Shown: positions 31,536 through 41,911 of the stretch, one piece after another
Numbering within the stretch: position 1 is the first letter of the stretch
How the letters are laid out: every line of letters begins with the position of its first letter
Source: an uncultured Pseudomonadota bacterium
GTDB lineage: Bacteria; Myxococcota_A; UBA796; SXON01
Assembly (NCBI GenBank): GCA_903921785.1
Contig: CAIXRH010000132.1
Coordinates: forward strand, 75,180-139,179
Direction: 5' to 3'
Length of the DNA: 64,000 nt
Position numbers and translations under genes: made by a program
Notes under the pieces: model-generated
Told to the model about the DNA's origin: nothing
The model's database searches: none
The model's input: the letters and a program-made list of their open reading frames with translations, nothing else

Positions 31536-33134
31536 CTACCCGGCCATCGACGGCGCGGCGGCCCCGGCGTCGGCGCCGGTCATGCCGGTGAGGCGCGCCC
31601 GGTAGGTCCCCAGCGCCTTCGCGCGCTCCACCGCCGGCGAACGGAGCGCCTGACGCAGCGAATGGATGGCCTGCTTCGCCACGTTTCCGGCAGGGGCCAT
31701 GTAGTCGCTGGTCATGACGTCAACCACCCGGCGATCGATGAGCACCTTCAGCAGGGAGTGCGGGAAACGCCCGCTTCGTGCGAGGAACAACAGCGTGTTG
31801 GTGTAGCTGTCGTGGCGCTCGAAGAACATGCGGTCGTAGATCTCGGCCTTCTCGTCGTTGACCAGCCCGTCCCGGCTCGCCAGCGTGTGCAGCGAGGTGC
31901 CGGGGTAGTAGATGACCGAGAAGACCTGGAGCCGATAGGGTTTTGGCAGCTCGGACACCAGCCGGAGCGTGTCGAGCTTGTCTTCCATCGTCTCGTACGC
32001 GAGATCGTAGATGAGGTCGTACTGGGGAGGTGCGGTGCGATCCGCGTACTTCGTGATGATCTCCGCCGACTTCAGGATCTTGTCGTTCCCCATCGTCGAG
32101 CGCTTGAACATCTTCTGGATGCGCTTGCTGCCGTGCTCCACGCCCATCTGGATGCAGTGCAGGCCGGCGTCGACCATGGCTCCGTACTTCTCGTCGGTGA
32201 TGGTGCCGGGGCTGCCGAGCAGGTAGAACGGATCGCCGATCTTCGCCTTGTACTGCGCGGCGAAGTCGAGGAGGTCTGGCAGCGGGCGCCCGAAGAAGCT
32301 GTCGTCCGAGAACCAGATGAAGTTGATGAACGGGTACTCGCGCTTGATGTTCTCGAGCTCCGCGATCACGTGCGGGGTGCTCCGGTAACGTACGTAGCGC
32401 TGGCGCTTGTAGAGGTCGCGGTAGAAGCTGTTGCCGCAGTAGGTGCAGGCGTGGGGGCAGCCGCGGCCGGTCATCGTCTGGTAGCCGGTCTTCCCGAACA
32501 TCCGGCTCACGGTGCCGTTGTGGAGGTAGCGGCGGAGCAGGTCCTTCGTGACGGGCATGAGCTGCCCTTCGAAGAGGATGTGGTGGTCGTCCCTGGAGAA
32601 GTCCGGCGCCGGGTAGCGGTCGAGCTCCTGCTCGAGGCTGCCGGGGGCGTTGCGGATCACGTCCGTGCCCTTGCGCCAGACCAGGCTCTTGATGTCGTGG
32701 AGCTGGTCGGACTTGCCTTCGGAGAGGCGGTTGCAGAGGTCGAGCATGAGGTCTTCGGCATCGCCGATCGCCACGTAGTCGGCCCACTTCGCGCACTCGT
32801 CCGGGCGCACCGAAGGATGGAAGCCGCCCCAGATCACCGGGATGCCCAGGCGCTCCTTCACCGCGCGGGTGATCTGCTTGGAGCTGTCGAAGTAGTGGGT
32901 CATCAGGGTGACGCCCACCATGTCGCTGTCCGCGCAGAGGGCGATCATCTGGTCGATCACCTCCGGCGCGTAGCGGTCTTCGCTCATGCGCACGTGCACG
33001 CTCTCGCCGTCGCCAGCGAAGTCGGGCATGCAGATGACCTGCGTCCGATGCCCATTTGCACGCAGGTGCGCGCTGATGGACCGCAGGCCGTAGTTGGTGA
33101 TGTCCGGATACGGGCTGATGAGCGAGACCTTCAC
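31536..33134 (-). CDS. B12-binding-domain radical SAM protein (class B)
   Basis: GTG 33134 follows GAGG. The N-terminal Rossmann-like B12 domain reads MKVSLISPY...GVTLMTHYF...IPVIWGGFHPS. The radical SAM motif is GRGCPHACTYCGN (CxxxCxxC). Confidence 0.85.
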   Translation of the reverse strand: MKVSLISPYPDITNYGLRSISAHLRANGHRTQVICMPDFAGDGESVHVRMSEDRYAPEVIDQMIALCADSDMVGVTLMTHYFDSSKQITRAVKERLGIPVIWGGFHPSVRPDECAKWADYVAIGDAEDLMLDLCNRLSEGKSDQLHDIKSLVWRKGTDVIRNAPGSLEQELDRYPAPDFSRDDHHILFEGQLMPVTKDLLRRYLHNGTVSRMFGKTGYQTMTGRGCPHACTYCGNSFYRDLYKRQRYVRYRSTPHVIAELENIKREYPFINFIWFSDDSFFGRPLPDLLDFAAQYKAKIGDPFYLLGSPGTITDEKYGAMVDAGLHCIQMGVEHGSKRIQKMFKRSTMGNDKILKSAEIITKYADRTAPPQYDLIYDLAYETMEDKLDTLRLVSELPKPYRLQVFSVIYYPGTSLHTLASRDGLVNDEKAEIYDRMFFERHDSYTNTLLFLARSGRFPHSLLKVLIDRRVVDVMTSDYMAPAGNVAKQAIHSLRQALRSPAVERAKALGTYRARLTGMTGADAGAAAPSMAG

Positions 33135-33247
33135 GGGCGCACCTCGACCCTTCGGACATACACGGCCCGCACCGCCGCCGCTACCCGAACGCGGCGATCA
33201 CCCGCGTGAGTGGTGACGCGCGCCACCGACCCCGCGGGCGGCGTGGC

Positions 33248-33778
33248 TCAGTTGCCCCAGCCCGGCTTCTCGACGATCTCGGTGACCTTGTCGTCGTCGA
33301 AGATGACCTCGCGCCGGAACCGCTCCACGGCGGTGTACGCGGTCTTGCTGTCGGGGACGAACACCAGCACGGTGCCATCCTCCTGCTTCTCGAACTTGTA
33401 CACGAACATTTCGGAGTGCGTGGCCGGCCTCCCGACCAGCTTCTTCTTCGAGTACGGGGCGCCCCAGGACATGAGGACCTGGTCCTTGACCCACCCCTCC
33501 TGCACCGCGCCGTCGACGATCGCCTGACGGATGTGCTCGTCGTACTGATAGAACACGTCGTACAAGGCGATCGGCGGGCGCCGCTCAATCTTGATCGACT
33601 TGAGGTAGGCGTTGCGGTCCTCCTCGGTCTTCGTGGTGAGGTAGGCCTTCTGCTGATCCTCTTCCATGAAGGGCTTCAGGGCGTAGTAGGCCTTGAACTC
33701 TTCGTCGCTCAGGAACTTCACCCGGTGCTGCCAGGAGCAGCCCACCAGGAGGATGGCGAGGAGGAAGAACCAGCGCAT
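33248..33778 (-). CDS. Hypothetical lipoprotein (weak GWxTD/BamE-like features)
   Basis: MRWFFLLAILLVGC lipobox. EGWVKDQVLMSWGAPYSKK resembles GWxTD / SmpA-OmlA-type motifs (weak, by eye). Confidence 0.6.
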   Translation of the reverse strand: MRWFFLLAILLVGCSWQHRVKFLSDEEFKAYYALKPFMEEDQQKAYLTTKTEEDRNAYLKSIKIERRPPIALYDVFYQYDEHIRQAIVDGAVQEGWVKDQVLMSWGAPYSKKKLVGRPATHSEMFVYKFEKQEDGTVLVFVPDSKTAYTAVERFRREVIFDDDKVTEIVEKPGWGN

Positions 33779-33840
33779 GACGACCCCGATTGCGCGAACC
33801 GCCTAACGTGGTGGGGCGAAGTGGGCAGGGGCCTCGTCAT

Positions 33841-33878
33841 GGGACAGGGGGCCCCGAGGGCCCCCCGTAACGCCCCCC
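33841..33878 (+). repeat. GC hairpin element copy D
   Basis: gggacagggggccccgagggccccccgtaacgcccccc, with stem 33847-33853 / 33859-33865, then GTAACG and a C-run. It lies between the BatE-like stop and the lipoprotein start. Confidence 0.55.
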
Positions 33879-33941
33879 AGGTCCTCACTCGTCGAATAAC
33901 CGGTCCGCTGAACTGTATTTTTGACTCGGGCGTCCTCACGC

Positions 33942-34676
33942 CTAGGGCGCGATCGCCGCGCCGCCCGGCATCGGCGCCCACGGATCCACCCGGCCCGCGT
34001 CGGCTTCGGGAATCCAGCCCTTTCGGCCGTCTTCCAGGCCGACCAGGAGCTGCCCGGCGCTGCCTTCGAGCACCTGCACCTCGGCGCCCGAGTGCAGCGT
34101 GAAGAGGTCCAGGCCTCCCCCAAGATCGGAGCGCGCCGTCACCGACTCCGCGAGCACCACGGCGGCGGGCGGCATCGTGGACTCCGCGATCCCCCCGAGC
34201 CCCACCGCAACGCCCATGCCCGCGGTGACCAGCCCGACCCCCGTGAGCGGGAGGTTCGGCCAGCGGCGGCGCAGCGCGACCGCGAGGAGCCCCGCTCCGG
34301 CGAGGAGTCCGCCGATCCACTGCCCTTCGTCGGAGGTGAGCTCCGCTTGCCAGGGGGCCCAGGCCGGGGCCGGGTCCGGGGCCTTCACGTCGTCCACCAC
34401 ATCGCGGCGAGCGAAGTCGAGGTTGGCCTCGGCGTCGGGGTCCCGGGGAGCGAGCACGAGGGCGCGACGCCAGGCGAGGATGGCCTGCGCACGCTTGTGC
34501 TCGCGGAAGAGCACGTTGCCAAGGTCGTAGTACAGGTCGGCGTCGACGGCGCCGGCCGCGAGGGCGTCGCGGTAGCCCTTCTCCGCACCGGCGAGGTCCC
34601 CGGCGCCGAGGGCGGTGTTCGCAGCGGCGAATTCGGCCTCGCCAGCGGCGAGCGCGAGCGTGACGAAGAGGATCAC
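33942..34676 (-). CDS. BatE-like protein (TPR, TM segments, C-terminal SH3-like domain)
   Basis: The TPR-like N-terminus reads GDLAGAEKGYRDALAAG...LYYDLGNVLF. Two TM segments follow. The C-terminus VLAESVTARSDLGGGLDLFTLHSGAEVQVLEGSAGQLLVGLEDGRKGWI is SH3_3-like. Last gene of the Bat-type operon. Confidence 0.65.
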   Translation of the reverse strand: MILFVTLALAAGEAEFAAANTALGAGDLAGAEKGYRDALAAGAVDADLYYDLGNVLFREHKRAQAILAWRRALVLAPRDPDAEANLDFARRDVVDDVKAPDPAPAWAPWQAELTSDEGQWIGGLLAGAGLLAVALRRRWPNLPLTGVGLVTAGMGVAVGLGGIAESTMPPAAVVLAESVTARSDLGGGLDLFTLHSGAEVQVLEGSAGQLLVGLEDGRKGWIPEADAGRVDPWAPMPGGAAIAP

Positions 34677-36262
34677 TTGCCTCCTCCCACCCAGGCGCGC
34701 ACCCGGGCTTCCGGAAGGTCACGCCCCCCGCGGTACCGCGCGAGGTCGAGCTCCTTGTAGATCGCCTCAGCCTCTTCGCCGAGCGTCGCCACATCCTCAC
34801 GTTTGAGCTCGGGGGCCGGGCGCCCGAGCCGCCGCCCCGCGGCCTCGCGGAAGATCCGCTCCAGCCCGGCGAGGCGCCCTTCCGGATCCTCCGGGAGGTC
34901 CGCGAAGCCGAAGGCCTTCTCCGCGATCCCGCGCGCCCGCGGTCGGAGCCGCGGCGCGAGCTGGCCGAGGAGCAAGACGGCGCCGGGGGCGCACGCCAAC
35001 CAGGCCCACGCCCCCGGCCAAGGCGCTGACAGCGAAACGTCGGTTCGAACCGGGAGGATGTCCTCACCGAGGCTATCCACCCCCGCCTTGGGCTTCGCCT
35101 CGGGGCCGCTGAACCCCTCGACCGAGGCGGCGGACGCCGCGCCCGTGACCTCGAGCGTCAACGCGGGGAGCGTCTGTTCCACGTACTTCCCCGTGCTCGG
35201 ATCGAACCAGCTCAGGTTGAGCGGGGGCAGCGGGAGCGAGCCAGGACGCTCGGGGACAATCGCGCGCTTGAGCGTCGCGGTGGAGACGAGCTTGCCCTCT
35301 TGGATGGCGGCGGAGGTCGTCGGCGCGTCGTCGTAGATGCGGAAGCCGTCCTCCGTCCACGCAGGGAGGGTGAAGCCGCCGAGGCCGCCGTCGCCGGTCA
35401 CGGTCACGTCGAGCGTCACCGTGTCCCCCACCTTCACCTGTGTCGCGCTCGGCGTCGCGGTGACGGTGAACGCGCCGACCAGCCCGGAGAAGCTCGCCGG
35501 ACGGCCGTCTTTCGGGAGCGACTTCACCGACAGGCTCAGCGCCGGGCTGACCACGGTCTCATTCTGCGTGTCCTGGAACAGATCGTCGAACAACGGGTCC
35601 CGCCGCCGACGCGCGACCGCGAACTGCGCGAGCATGTGGGTGGCCGGCACGAGGAGCTTGCCGGACTTCTGGGTGCGGTAGGCGTACCAGGCCTCCTCCA
35701 CGTGCACCGAGCCGCTGCCGTTGCCGAGGTCAAAGGAGCGGTTCGCCGCCGCCACGCCGGGCTCCGCGGTCCAACCGTCGAAGTCTGGAGGGTCGAGGCG
35801 CGCACCCACCAGCCGCCGCGCGGTCGCGTAACGGAGGTGGTACACGAGCACCTGCCCGACCCAGGCGGTCTCCGTCGCGACCGCGGCCTCCAACGCCTCG
35901 ACGCCCGTCGGGGCTTCGGGGGCCGCCCCCACGTGCAGCTTCACCGCCGGGGCCGTGAGCGTGCCGCCGGGGAGCGCCACGCTGAGCGGGCCGAGCGTGT
36001 AGTCGCCCGGGCTGGACGCCTGCACCTGGTAGCGGAGCGTCTCGACCGTGGTCTGCTTGAAGTTGAGGAAGGTCATCTCCTGGGAGGAGCTGATGTACTC
36101 CACATGCACAGCCGCCGGGGCGTCCACCCGGGGCGGCCGTCGAAGCATCGCGTCGGTGATCTGCACCGTGAGCCCGACGGTCTGGCCGACGGCGATGTCC
36201 GCCGAGTCCAACTGCATGACCAACTGCGCGGCCGACGCCGCAGCGACGAGGAGGAGCGTCAC
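34673..36262 (-). CDS. BatD-family (oxygen tolerance) protein
   Basis: Position in the operon, signal peptide, repeated Ig-like 'GDYTLGPLSV / VTLDVTVTGDG' blocks, a C-terminal TM segment and a charged tail. 4-nt overlaps at both ends. Confidence 0.65.
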   Translation of the reverse strand: MTLLLVAAASAAQLVMQLDSADIAVGQTVGLTVQITDAMLRRPPRVDAPAAVHVEYISSSQEMTFLNFKQTTVETLRYQVQASSPGDYTLGPLSVALPGGTLTAPAVKLHVGAAPEAPTGVEALEAAVATETAWVGQVLVYHLRYATARRLVGARLDPPDFDGWTAEPGVAAANRSFDLGNGSGSVHVEEAWYAYRTQKSGKLLVPATHMLAQFAVARRRRDPLFDDLFQDTQNETVVSPALSLSVKSLPKDGRPASFSGLVGAFTVTATPSATQVKVGDTVTLDVTVTGDGGLGGFTLPAWTEDGFRIYDDAPTTSAAIQEGKLVSTATLKRAIVPERPGSLPLPPLNLSWFDPSTGKYVEQTLPALTLEVTGAASAASVEGFSGPEAKPKAGVDSLGEDILPVRTDVSLSAPWPGAWAWLACAPGAVLLLGQLAPRLRPRARGIAEKAFGFADLPEDPEGRLAGLERIFREAAGRRLGRPAPELKREDVATLGEEAEAIYKELDLARYRGGRDLPEARVRAWVGGGK

Positions 36263-38229
36263 CAGTCCTTCTCCGTGGATCGTCCGGTCACCGCCATCTG
36301 GGGGGTCCCGTCCTTCACCGAATCAACGAGGCGGGCAGCGGCCGCGGGGGTCATGCCTTCCTGATCGCCCTCCCCATCGGCAGCTGCGGCCATCGCGGCT
36401 TTCGATGCTTCGTCCGGCGTCTGCCCGTCCTGACGGAGGTCTCCGCCGGCGCCAGCGGCGTCCGCCTGATCCTGGCCGTCACCGCCGGCTTGCTCGCCCT
36501 GGGGCCGCCCGTTCTGGGCCTGCTGCCCTTGTTGCTGGCCCTGCTGACCGTCCGGGGACTGCTGGCCTTGCTGACCGCTCTGGGCCTGCTGACCGTCCGG
36601 GGACTGCTGACCGTCCTGCGACTGCTGACCCTGCTGACCTTGCTGACCCTGGGGCTCCTGCCCTTGCTGACCTTCTTGAGACTGCTGACCTTGCTGGCCG
36701 TTCTGGGCCTGCTGCTGCTGGCCGTCCTGGGACGTTTGGCCCTGCTGACCGTCCTTCCCCTGTTGGTCCTGCTGCTGCTGCTGCTGCTCGCGGAGCGCGA
36801 TCTCCTTCTTGACCGCCTCGCCGTTCTTGCCCGCGCTGGCGAGCTTCGGGTCCGCCTGGGCGGCGCGCTCGAAGTGTCCTTTCGCGGCCTCGAGCCGACC
36901 GTCCCGGTATGCGGCGTTGCCGGCGTTGTACTCGTGGACCGCGCGGTGGCGCGCGTCGGCCGACGCGAGCGCCTGAAAGACCTGCTCGGACTCCCGATAG
37001 CGGCCGGCCCGGTACAGGGCGGTGCCCAGCGCCTGGCCCACCTCCACGTCCTCCGGGTGCTCCACCCGCGCCTGCCCCAGCTTCTCGATGGCGACGGGCC
37101 AGTCCTGGGCCTTGGCGGCCGTGAGCCCCTCATCGCGCGGAGCGGCCCAGGCGGGCGCGGCGCTCGCGAGCATCAACGCGGCGAACACCAGCGGCAGCAC
37201 CTTCCCCGCGCCCGAGAGCGGCGGCGGCCGGCGCTCACGCGGCCCAATTCCGAACCACGCGCCCGCGACCAACGAGAGCAGCGCGGCGCCGAGCGGCCAT
37301 TGGTACCATTCATTGGGGATCTTCTCCCGCTTCACCTCACGCTCCTCCACCTTGAGCTTGGCGCGGATCTCGCCTTCGTAGATGCCCCGCACATCGTCGT
37401 CCCCCACCACGCTCTGCACGTACGCCCCGCCGGTGGCCGAGGCAAGGTGACGGAGCTGGTCGGCATCGAGCTTGGAGAGCACCATCGCGCCGGAGCTGTC
37501 CTTCTTGAATCCGCCTTCCGGCAGCGGGATCGGCGCGCCGGAGGCCTCGCCTACGCCGAGGGCGTACACGCGGATGTCCGCGGCGGTGGCGCGACCGAGG
37601 GCGGCGTCGAGCTCGGTGGGGTCGTCGTGAAACTCCCCGTCGCTCACCACGATGATCGCGCGACCGGCGCCGCTGGCCCGGGTGAGCATCTTGGTCGCGG
37701 TGTCGATCCCCCCCGCCATCTCGGTGCCCTGGGCCTGCATCGTACCCGTCTCGCTGTCCCCGACCGCCCACTGCACCGTGCCGTAGTCCGTGGTGAGGGG
37801 GAGCCTGAGGTAGGCCCGCTCGGCGACGAGCACGAGGCCCACGCTGTCCCCGTGGACCATGCCGAGCAGATCGGTGATCTCCCGCCGCGCCCGTTCGAGC
37901 CGCGACGGCGAGACATCCTGCGCGTCCATCGAGCGGGACACGTCGAGCACGACGACGATGTTGAGCCCCTGTCCCTTGCGCTGTACCCACTCAAACCCGA
38001 TCTGCGGACGGGCAGCCGCTGCAGCCAGGAAAGCGGCGGCGAGGACCCCGAGCAGCGCCTGCGCCGCCCGGGCCCGGAGCGCGCCGGGCGGCACCAGCGA
38101 GGCGAGCGCCTCCGCCGACATCAATTGGTGGAGGATCGCGCTGCGCTTCCGGTGAGCCACCACGAGCGCCACCGCGGCGATCGGCACGATCACCATCAGG
38201 ACCAGGAGGTCCGGGCGGCCGAGGTTCAC
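36259..38229 (-). CDS. VWA-domain protein fused to a TPR domain (BatB-BatC-like) with a long Gln/Gly-rich tail
   Basis: MIDAS VVVLDVSRSM, then IIVVSDGEF, then a TM segment, TPR-like repeats (GQALGTALYRAGRYRESEQVF...), and ~110 aa of QGQQ-type low complexity. Confidence 0.8.
   Translation of the reverse strand: MNLGRPDLLVLMVIVPIAAVALVVAHRKRSAILHQLMSAEALASLVPPGALRARAAQALLGVLAAAFLAAAAARPQIGFEWVQRKGQGLNIVVVLDVSRSMDAQDVSPSRLERARREITDLLGMVHGDSVGLVLVAERAYLRLPLTTDYGTVQWAVGDSETGTMQAQGTEMAGGIDTATKMLTRASGAGRAIIVVSDGEFHDDPTELDAALGRATAADIRVYALGVGEASGAPIPLPEGGFKKDSSGAMVLSKLDADQLRHLASATGGAYVQSVVGDDDVRGIYEGEIRAKLKVEEREVKREKIPNEWYQWPLGAALLSLVAGAWFGIGPRERRPPPLSGAGKVLPLVFAALMLASAAPAWAAPRDEGLTAAKAQDWPVAIEKLGQARVEHPEDVEVGQALGTALYRAGRYRESEQVFQALASADARHRAVHEYNAGNAAYRDGRLEAAKGHFERAAQADPKLASAGKNGEAVKKEIALREQQQQQQDQQGKDGQQGQTSQDGQQQQAQNGQQGQQSQEGQQGQEPQGQQGQQGQQSQDGQQSPDGQQAQSGQQGQQSPDGQQGQQQGQQAQNGRPQGEQAGGDGQDQADAAGAGGDLRQDGQTPDEASKAAMAAAADGEGDQEGMTPAAAARLVDSVKDGTPQMAVTGRSTEKDW
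36480..36790. repeat. Coding low-complexity / microsatellite-like region (CAG/CAA-rich on the coding strand, includes (CTG)6 at 36769-36786 and a 24-nt direct repeat 45 nt apart)
   Basis: ctgctgaccgtccggggactgctg occurs at 36541-36564 and again at 36586-36609. The region translates to QQQQQQDQQGKDGQQGQ... Confidence 0.8.
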
Positions 38230-39203
38230 GGCGTCCTCCGGAGCGGGCCCACGCTCAGCAGCAGCTCGAAGAGCCAGAGCGCCAGCGCAGGGAGGAGCGC
38301 GCCCAAGTACAGTTCGTCTCGGTGAACATACTCTTTCACCTTGGCGGTGCTGGGCTCGAGCTTGTCGATCTTCGCGTACACCCCGGCGAGGGCCTTGGCG
38401 TCGGAGGCCCGGAAATACTCGGCGTGGGTGAGCTGGGAGATTCGGGTGAGCGTGGGCTCGTCCACGTCCGCGCCACGACTGAACATCCCGCCGGTGCTGC
38501 CGACGCCGATGGTGTAGACCTTGATGCCCAAGGCCGCCGCCGCTTCGGCCGCCTGGATGGGCTCGATCTGCCCCGCGTTGGACTGCCCGTCGGTCACGAG
38601 GATGATGACCTTGCTCGGGGCGTCAAGTTCCTTCAACCGCTTGGCGCCGATGGCGATCGCGTCACCGACCGCGGTCTTGTTGGGGCCCACCACCCCGATG
38701 TCGAGCTGGTCGATGTAGTCGTGGAGCGCCACGTGATCGAGGGTGAGCGGGACCTGCATGAACGCGCCCTCGCCGAAGACCACGAGGCCCAGGCGGTCTT
38801 GGGAGCGTTCGTCCACGAAGCGCGCCATCACCTTTTTGGCCGCTTCGAGGCGGCTGAGCGTGGTGCCGAGGGCGCCCATGTCCTCGGAGCGCATGGACCC
38901 CGACGTGTCGATGGTGAGCAGGATGTCCACCCCCTCGCTCTCCCGCTCCGTCTCCCGCTCGACCTTCTGGGGACGGGCGAGCGCGACGATCACCAGCACG
39001 ATGACCACCGCCTGGAGCAGGGCGGGCAGCCAGGCAAAACCTCGGCGCCATGACCACGACTCGCGCATCGCGCCGAGCGCGGAGAAGCGCAGCGACCACG
39101 GCCGGAGCACGCTGGCGAGCGGCAAGAGCGCCGCCGGGAGCGCCAGGAACCACAGCGGGGAGGCCCACTCAAGCACGACGCACCGGGCGGACGAGCGCCG
39201 CAA
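38226..39203 (-). CDS. VWA-domain membrane protein (BatA-like)
   Basis: Two N-terminal TM segments. MIDAS ILLTIDTSGSM. LGLVVFGEGAFMQVPLT and VIILVTDGQSN. An alternative start at GTG 39176 would reduce the overlap with the upstream gene to 8 nt. Confidence 0.82.
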   Translation of the reverse strand: MRRSSARCVVLEWASPLWFLALPAALLPLASVLRPWSLRFSALGAMRESWSWRRGFAWLPALLQAVVIVLVIVALARPQKVERETERESEGVDILLTIDTSGSMRSEDMGALGTTLSRLEAAKKVMARFVDERSQDRLGLVVFGEGAFMQVPLTLDHVALHDYIDQLDIGVVGPNKTAVGDAIAIGAKRLKELDAPSKVIILVTDGQSNAGQIEPIQAAEAAAALGIKVYTIGVGSTGGMFSRGADVDEPTLTRISQLTHAEYFRASDAKALAGVYAKIDKLEPSTAKVKEYVHRDELYLGALLPALALWLFELLLSVGPLRRTP

Positions 39204-39993
39204 AGTCGCGGTCGAGGGCGTCGAACAGGTTGGCGTGCTCGGAGCGTTCGGCGAACTTCACGAGGTCAGTGGCCATGAGCAGGCGCCGCGCGGCGTCGAG
39301 CTCCACAGCCGTGAACGAGCCCGCGAGGTTGTCGAGAATCTCCCGGGTGGTGCGGCGCGTGGCGGGGAATCCCCAGGCCGCATCGACCCAGGTGCGGAAG
39401 ATCTCCGACATCGCCTTGGCGATCTCCTCGGGGGTGAGGTCCGCGCGGTCTCGGAGGGCCGCCCACGCCCGACGCGCGATGACCTCGGGCGCTTCGGGGA
39501 CGGGCGGCGGCGGCACCGGCTTGAACCGTTGCCACGCCCACACCGCGGCGCCGCCCAGCACCGCCGCGCCGGCCAGGCCGCCCACGACCCACGGCCAGAC
39601 TGGCGGCGGCGGCGGCGGAAGTGCGGCGAGGTCATCCATCTCGCCGCCTGTCGGCCCCTTGGCGCCCAGGTCCACGAACAGGCGTACCGGTGGAGGCGCC
39701 GCGGGAGAGCTCGCCGTGGGCACGCCGTTCGCGCCCAGGGCCGCCCCGACCGGCGCCGCCGGGGTGACCGTGACGATGTAACTGCCGGTCTCGCCGGAGA
39801 GATCCCACGTGCCGTCACCCGTCGGCGCGACCACGAGCCCCGTGGTGGCCTCGATGGTGGAGCCGACCGGCGCGTGAAGCCCGATGTGACCACCGGCGTC
39901 GACACGCTGTGCGTCCACCCAGACGGGCGTCGCCTCCACCGCGGTGGCGCTCTCTCCGGCGCACGCGCCGAGCAGCAAAATCGGCACCATCAT
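39169..39993 (-). CDS. DUF4381-like protein with an added N-terminal lipoprotein-type domain
   Basis: MMVPILLLGAC lipobox, then a ~130-aa Ala/Pro/Gly-rich domain, then PPPPPPVWPWVVGGLAGAAVLGG (TM) and ...LLMATDLVKFAERSE, the typical DUF4381 C-terminus of Bat operons. Confidence 0.6.
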   Translation of the reverse strand: MMVPILLLGACAGESATAVEATPVWVDAQRVDAGGHIGLHAPVGSTIEATTGLVVAPTGDGTWDLSGETGSYIVTVTPAAPVGAALGANGVPTASSPAAPPPVRLFVDLGAKGPTGGEMDDLAALPPPPPPVWPWVVGGLAGAAVLGGAAVWAWQRFKPVPPPPVPEAPEVIARRAWAALRDRADLTPEEIAKAMSEIFRTWVDAAWGFPATRRTTREILDNLAGSFTAVELDAARRLLMATDLVKFAERSEHANLFDALDRDFAALVRPVRRA

Positions 39994-40847
39994 CCCGAAC
40001 TCCGGAAGTGCGCGTGCATCTTCTGGAATGCGTCCTCCTGGGTGCCGACCGCGCTGGCGCGAACGCCGAGCCGGCGGATGTCCATGAGCCGCCGTTCGAT
40101 AGAGGCCTGGGCGGCCCAGCGTCGGCTATCGACCGTGTGAATCCGTCCCGTCTCGGCGTCTCTCAAGGTGAGCAGCCCGAGGTCCGGGAGCCCGTGCTCC
40201 ATCGGGTCGTGGACCATGAAGGCGTGCACGCGGTGGCGGCGGAGCAAGAGGCGCATCGGGTCTTGCCACGAATCGCCGCCGAGGAAGTCGGAGAGCACGA
40301 TCACCGCGGCGCGGCGCTTGAGCACCTTCTGGGCTTGGGTGAGCGCGGCCGCGAGGTTGGTGCCCCGGTCGGTCGAGACGATCTCGAACGCGGTGCGGAT
40401 GACCTGCCAGGCGTGACCGCGGCTGCGACGCGGCGGGACGAAGCGCTCCACCCCATCCGAGAACGTGAGCAGCCCGACGCGGTCATTGCTTCGGAGCGCT
40501 GCGTATGCGAGCGCGCCGGCGAGCCTCGCGATCTGGAGGCGCTTGTCCGTACGCCCGTCCCGACCGCCGTTGCCGAAGCGCACGGACCCCGACCGGTCCA
40601 CCACCAGGAGCATCGTGAGCTCGCGCTCCTCGCGGAAAACCTTGATGAAGGGCTGACCCGAGCGCGCGGTGACGTTCCAGTCGATCCGCCGGATGTCGTC
40701 GCCCTCGGCGTAGGTACGCACCTCCTCGAACTCCATGCCGGAGCCGCGGAAGGCGGAGCGGTACTCGCCCGCGAGAAGCGCGTCCACGCTCCGGCCCACC
40801 TGCACGTGCAGGCGGCCGATCTGGCGGAGCTCGTCCGGAGTCAGCAC
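39990..40847 (-). CDS. DUF58-family protein (MoxR-associated, VWA-like)
   Basis: GEYRSAFRGSGMEFEEVRTYAEGDDIRRIDWNVTAR...LLVVDRSGS is the hallmark DUF58 motif. Confidence 0.88.
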   Translation of the reverse strand: MLTPDELRQIGRLHVQVGRSVDALLAGEYRSAFRGSGMEFEEVRTYAEGDDIRRIDWNVTARSGQPFIKVFREERELTMLLVVDRSGSVRFGNGGRDGRTDKRLQIARLAGALAYAALRSNDRVGLLTFSDGVERFVPPRRSRGHAWQVIRTAFEIVSTDRGTNLAAALTQAQKVLKRRAAVIVLSDFLGGDSWQDPMRLLLRRHRVHAFMVHDPMEHGLPDLGLLTLRDAETGRIHTVDSRRWAAQASIERRLMDIRRLGVRASAVGTQEDAFQKMHAHFRSSG

Positions 40848-40857
40848 GGCGGAGGCC

Positions 40858-41844
<987 letters not shown>

Positions 41845-41911
41845 GTCGTTCTCCTTTCGGGAGCCGCCTTATGCCCGCGCGCGCAGCGTGCCCCCCGCCC
41901 GTGACACGGTC

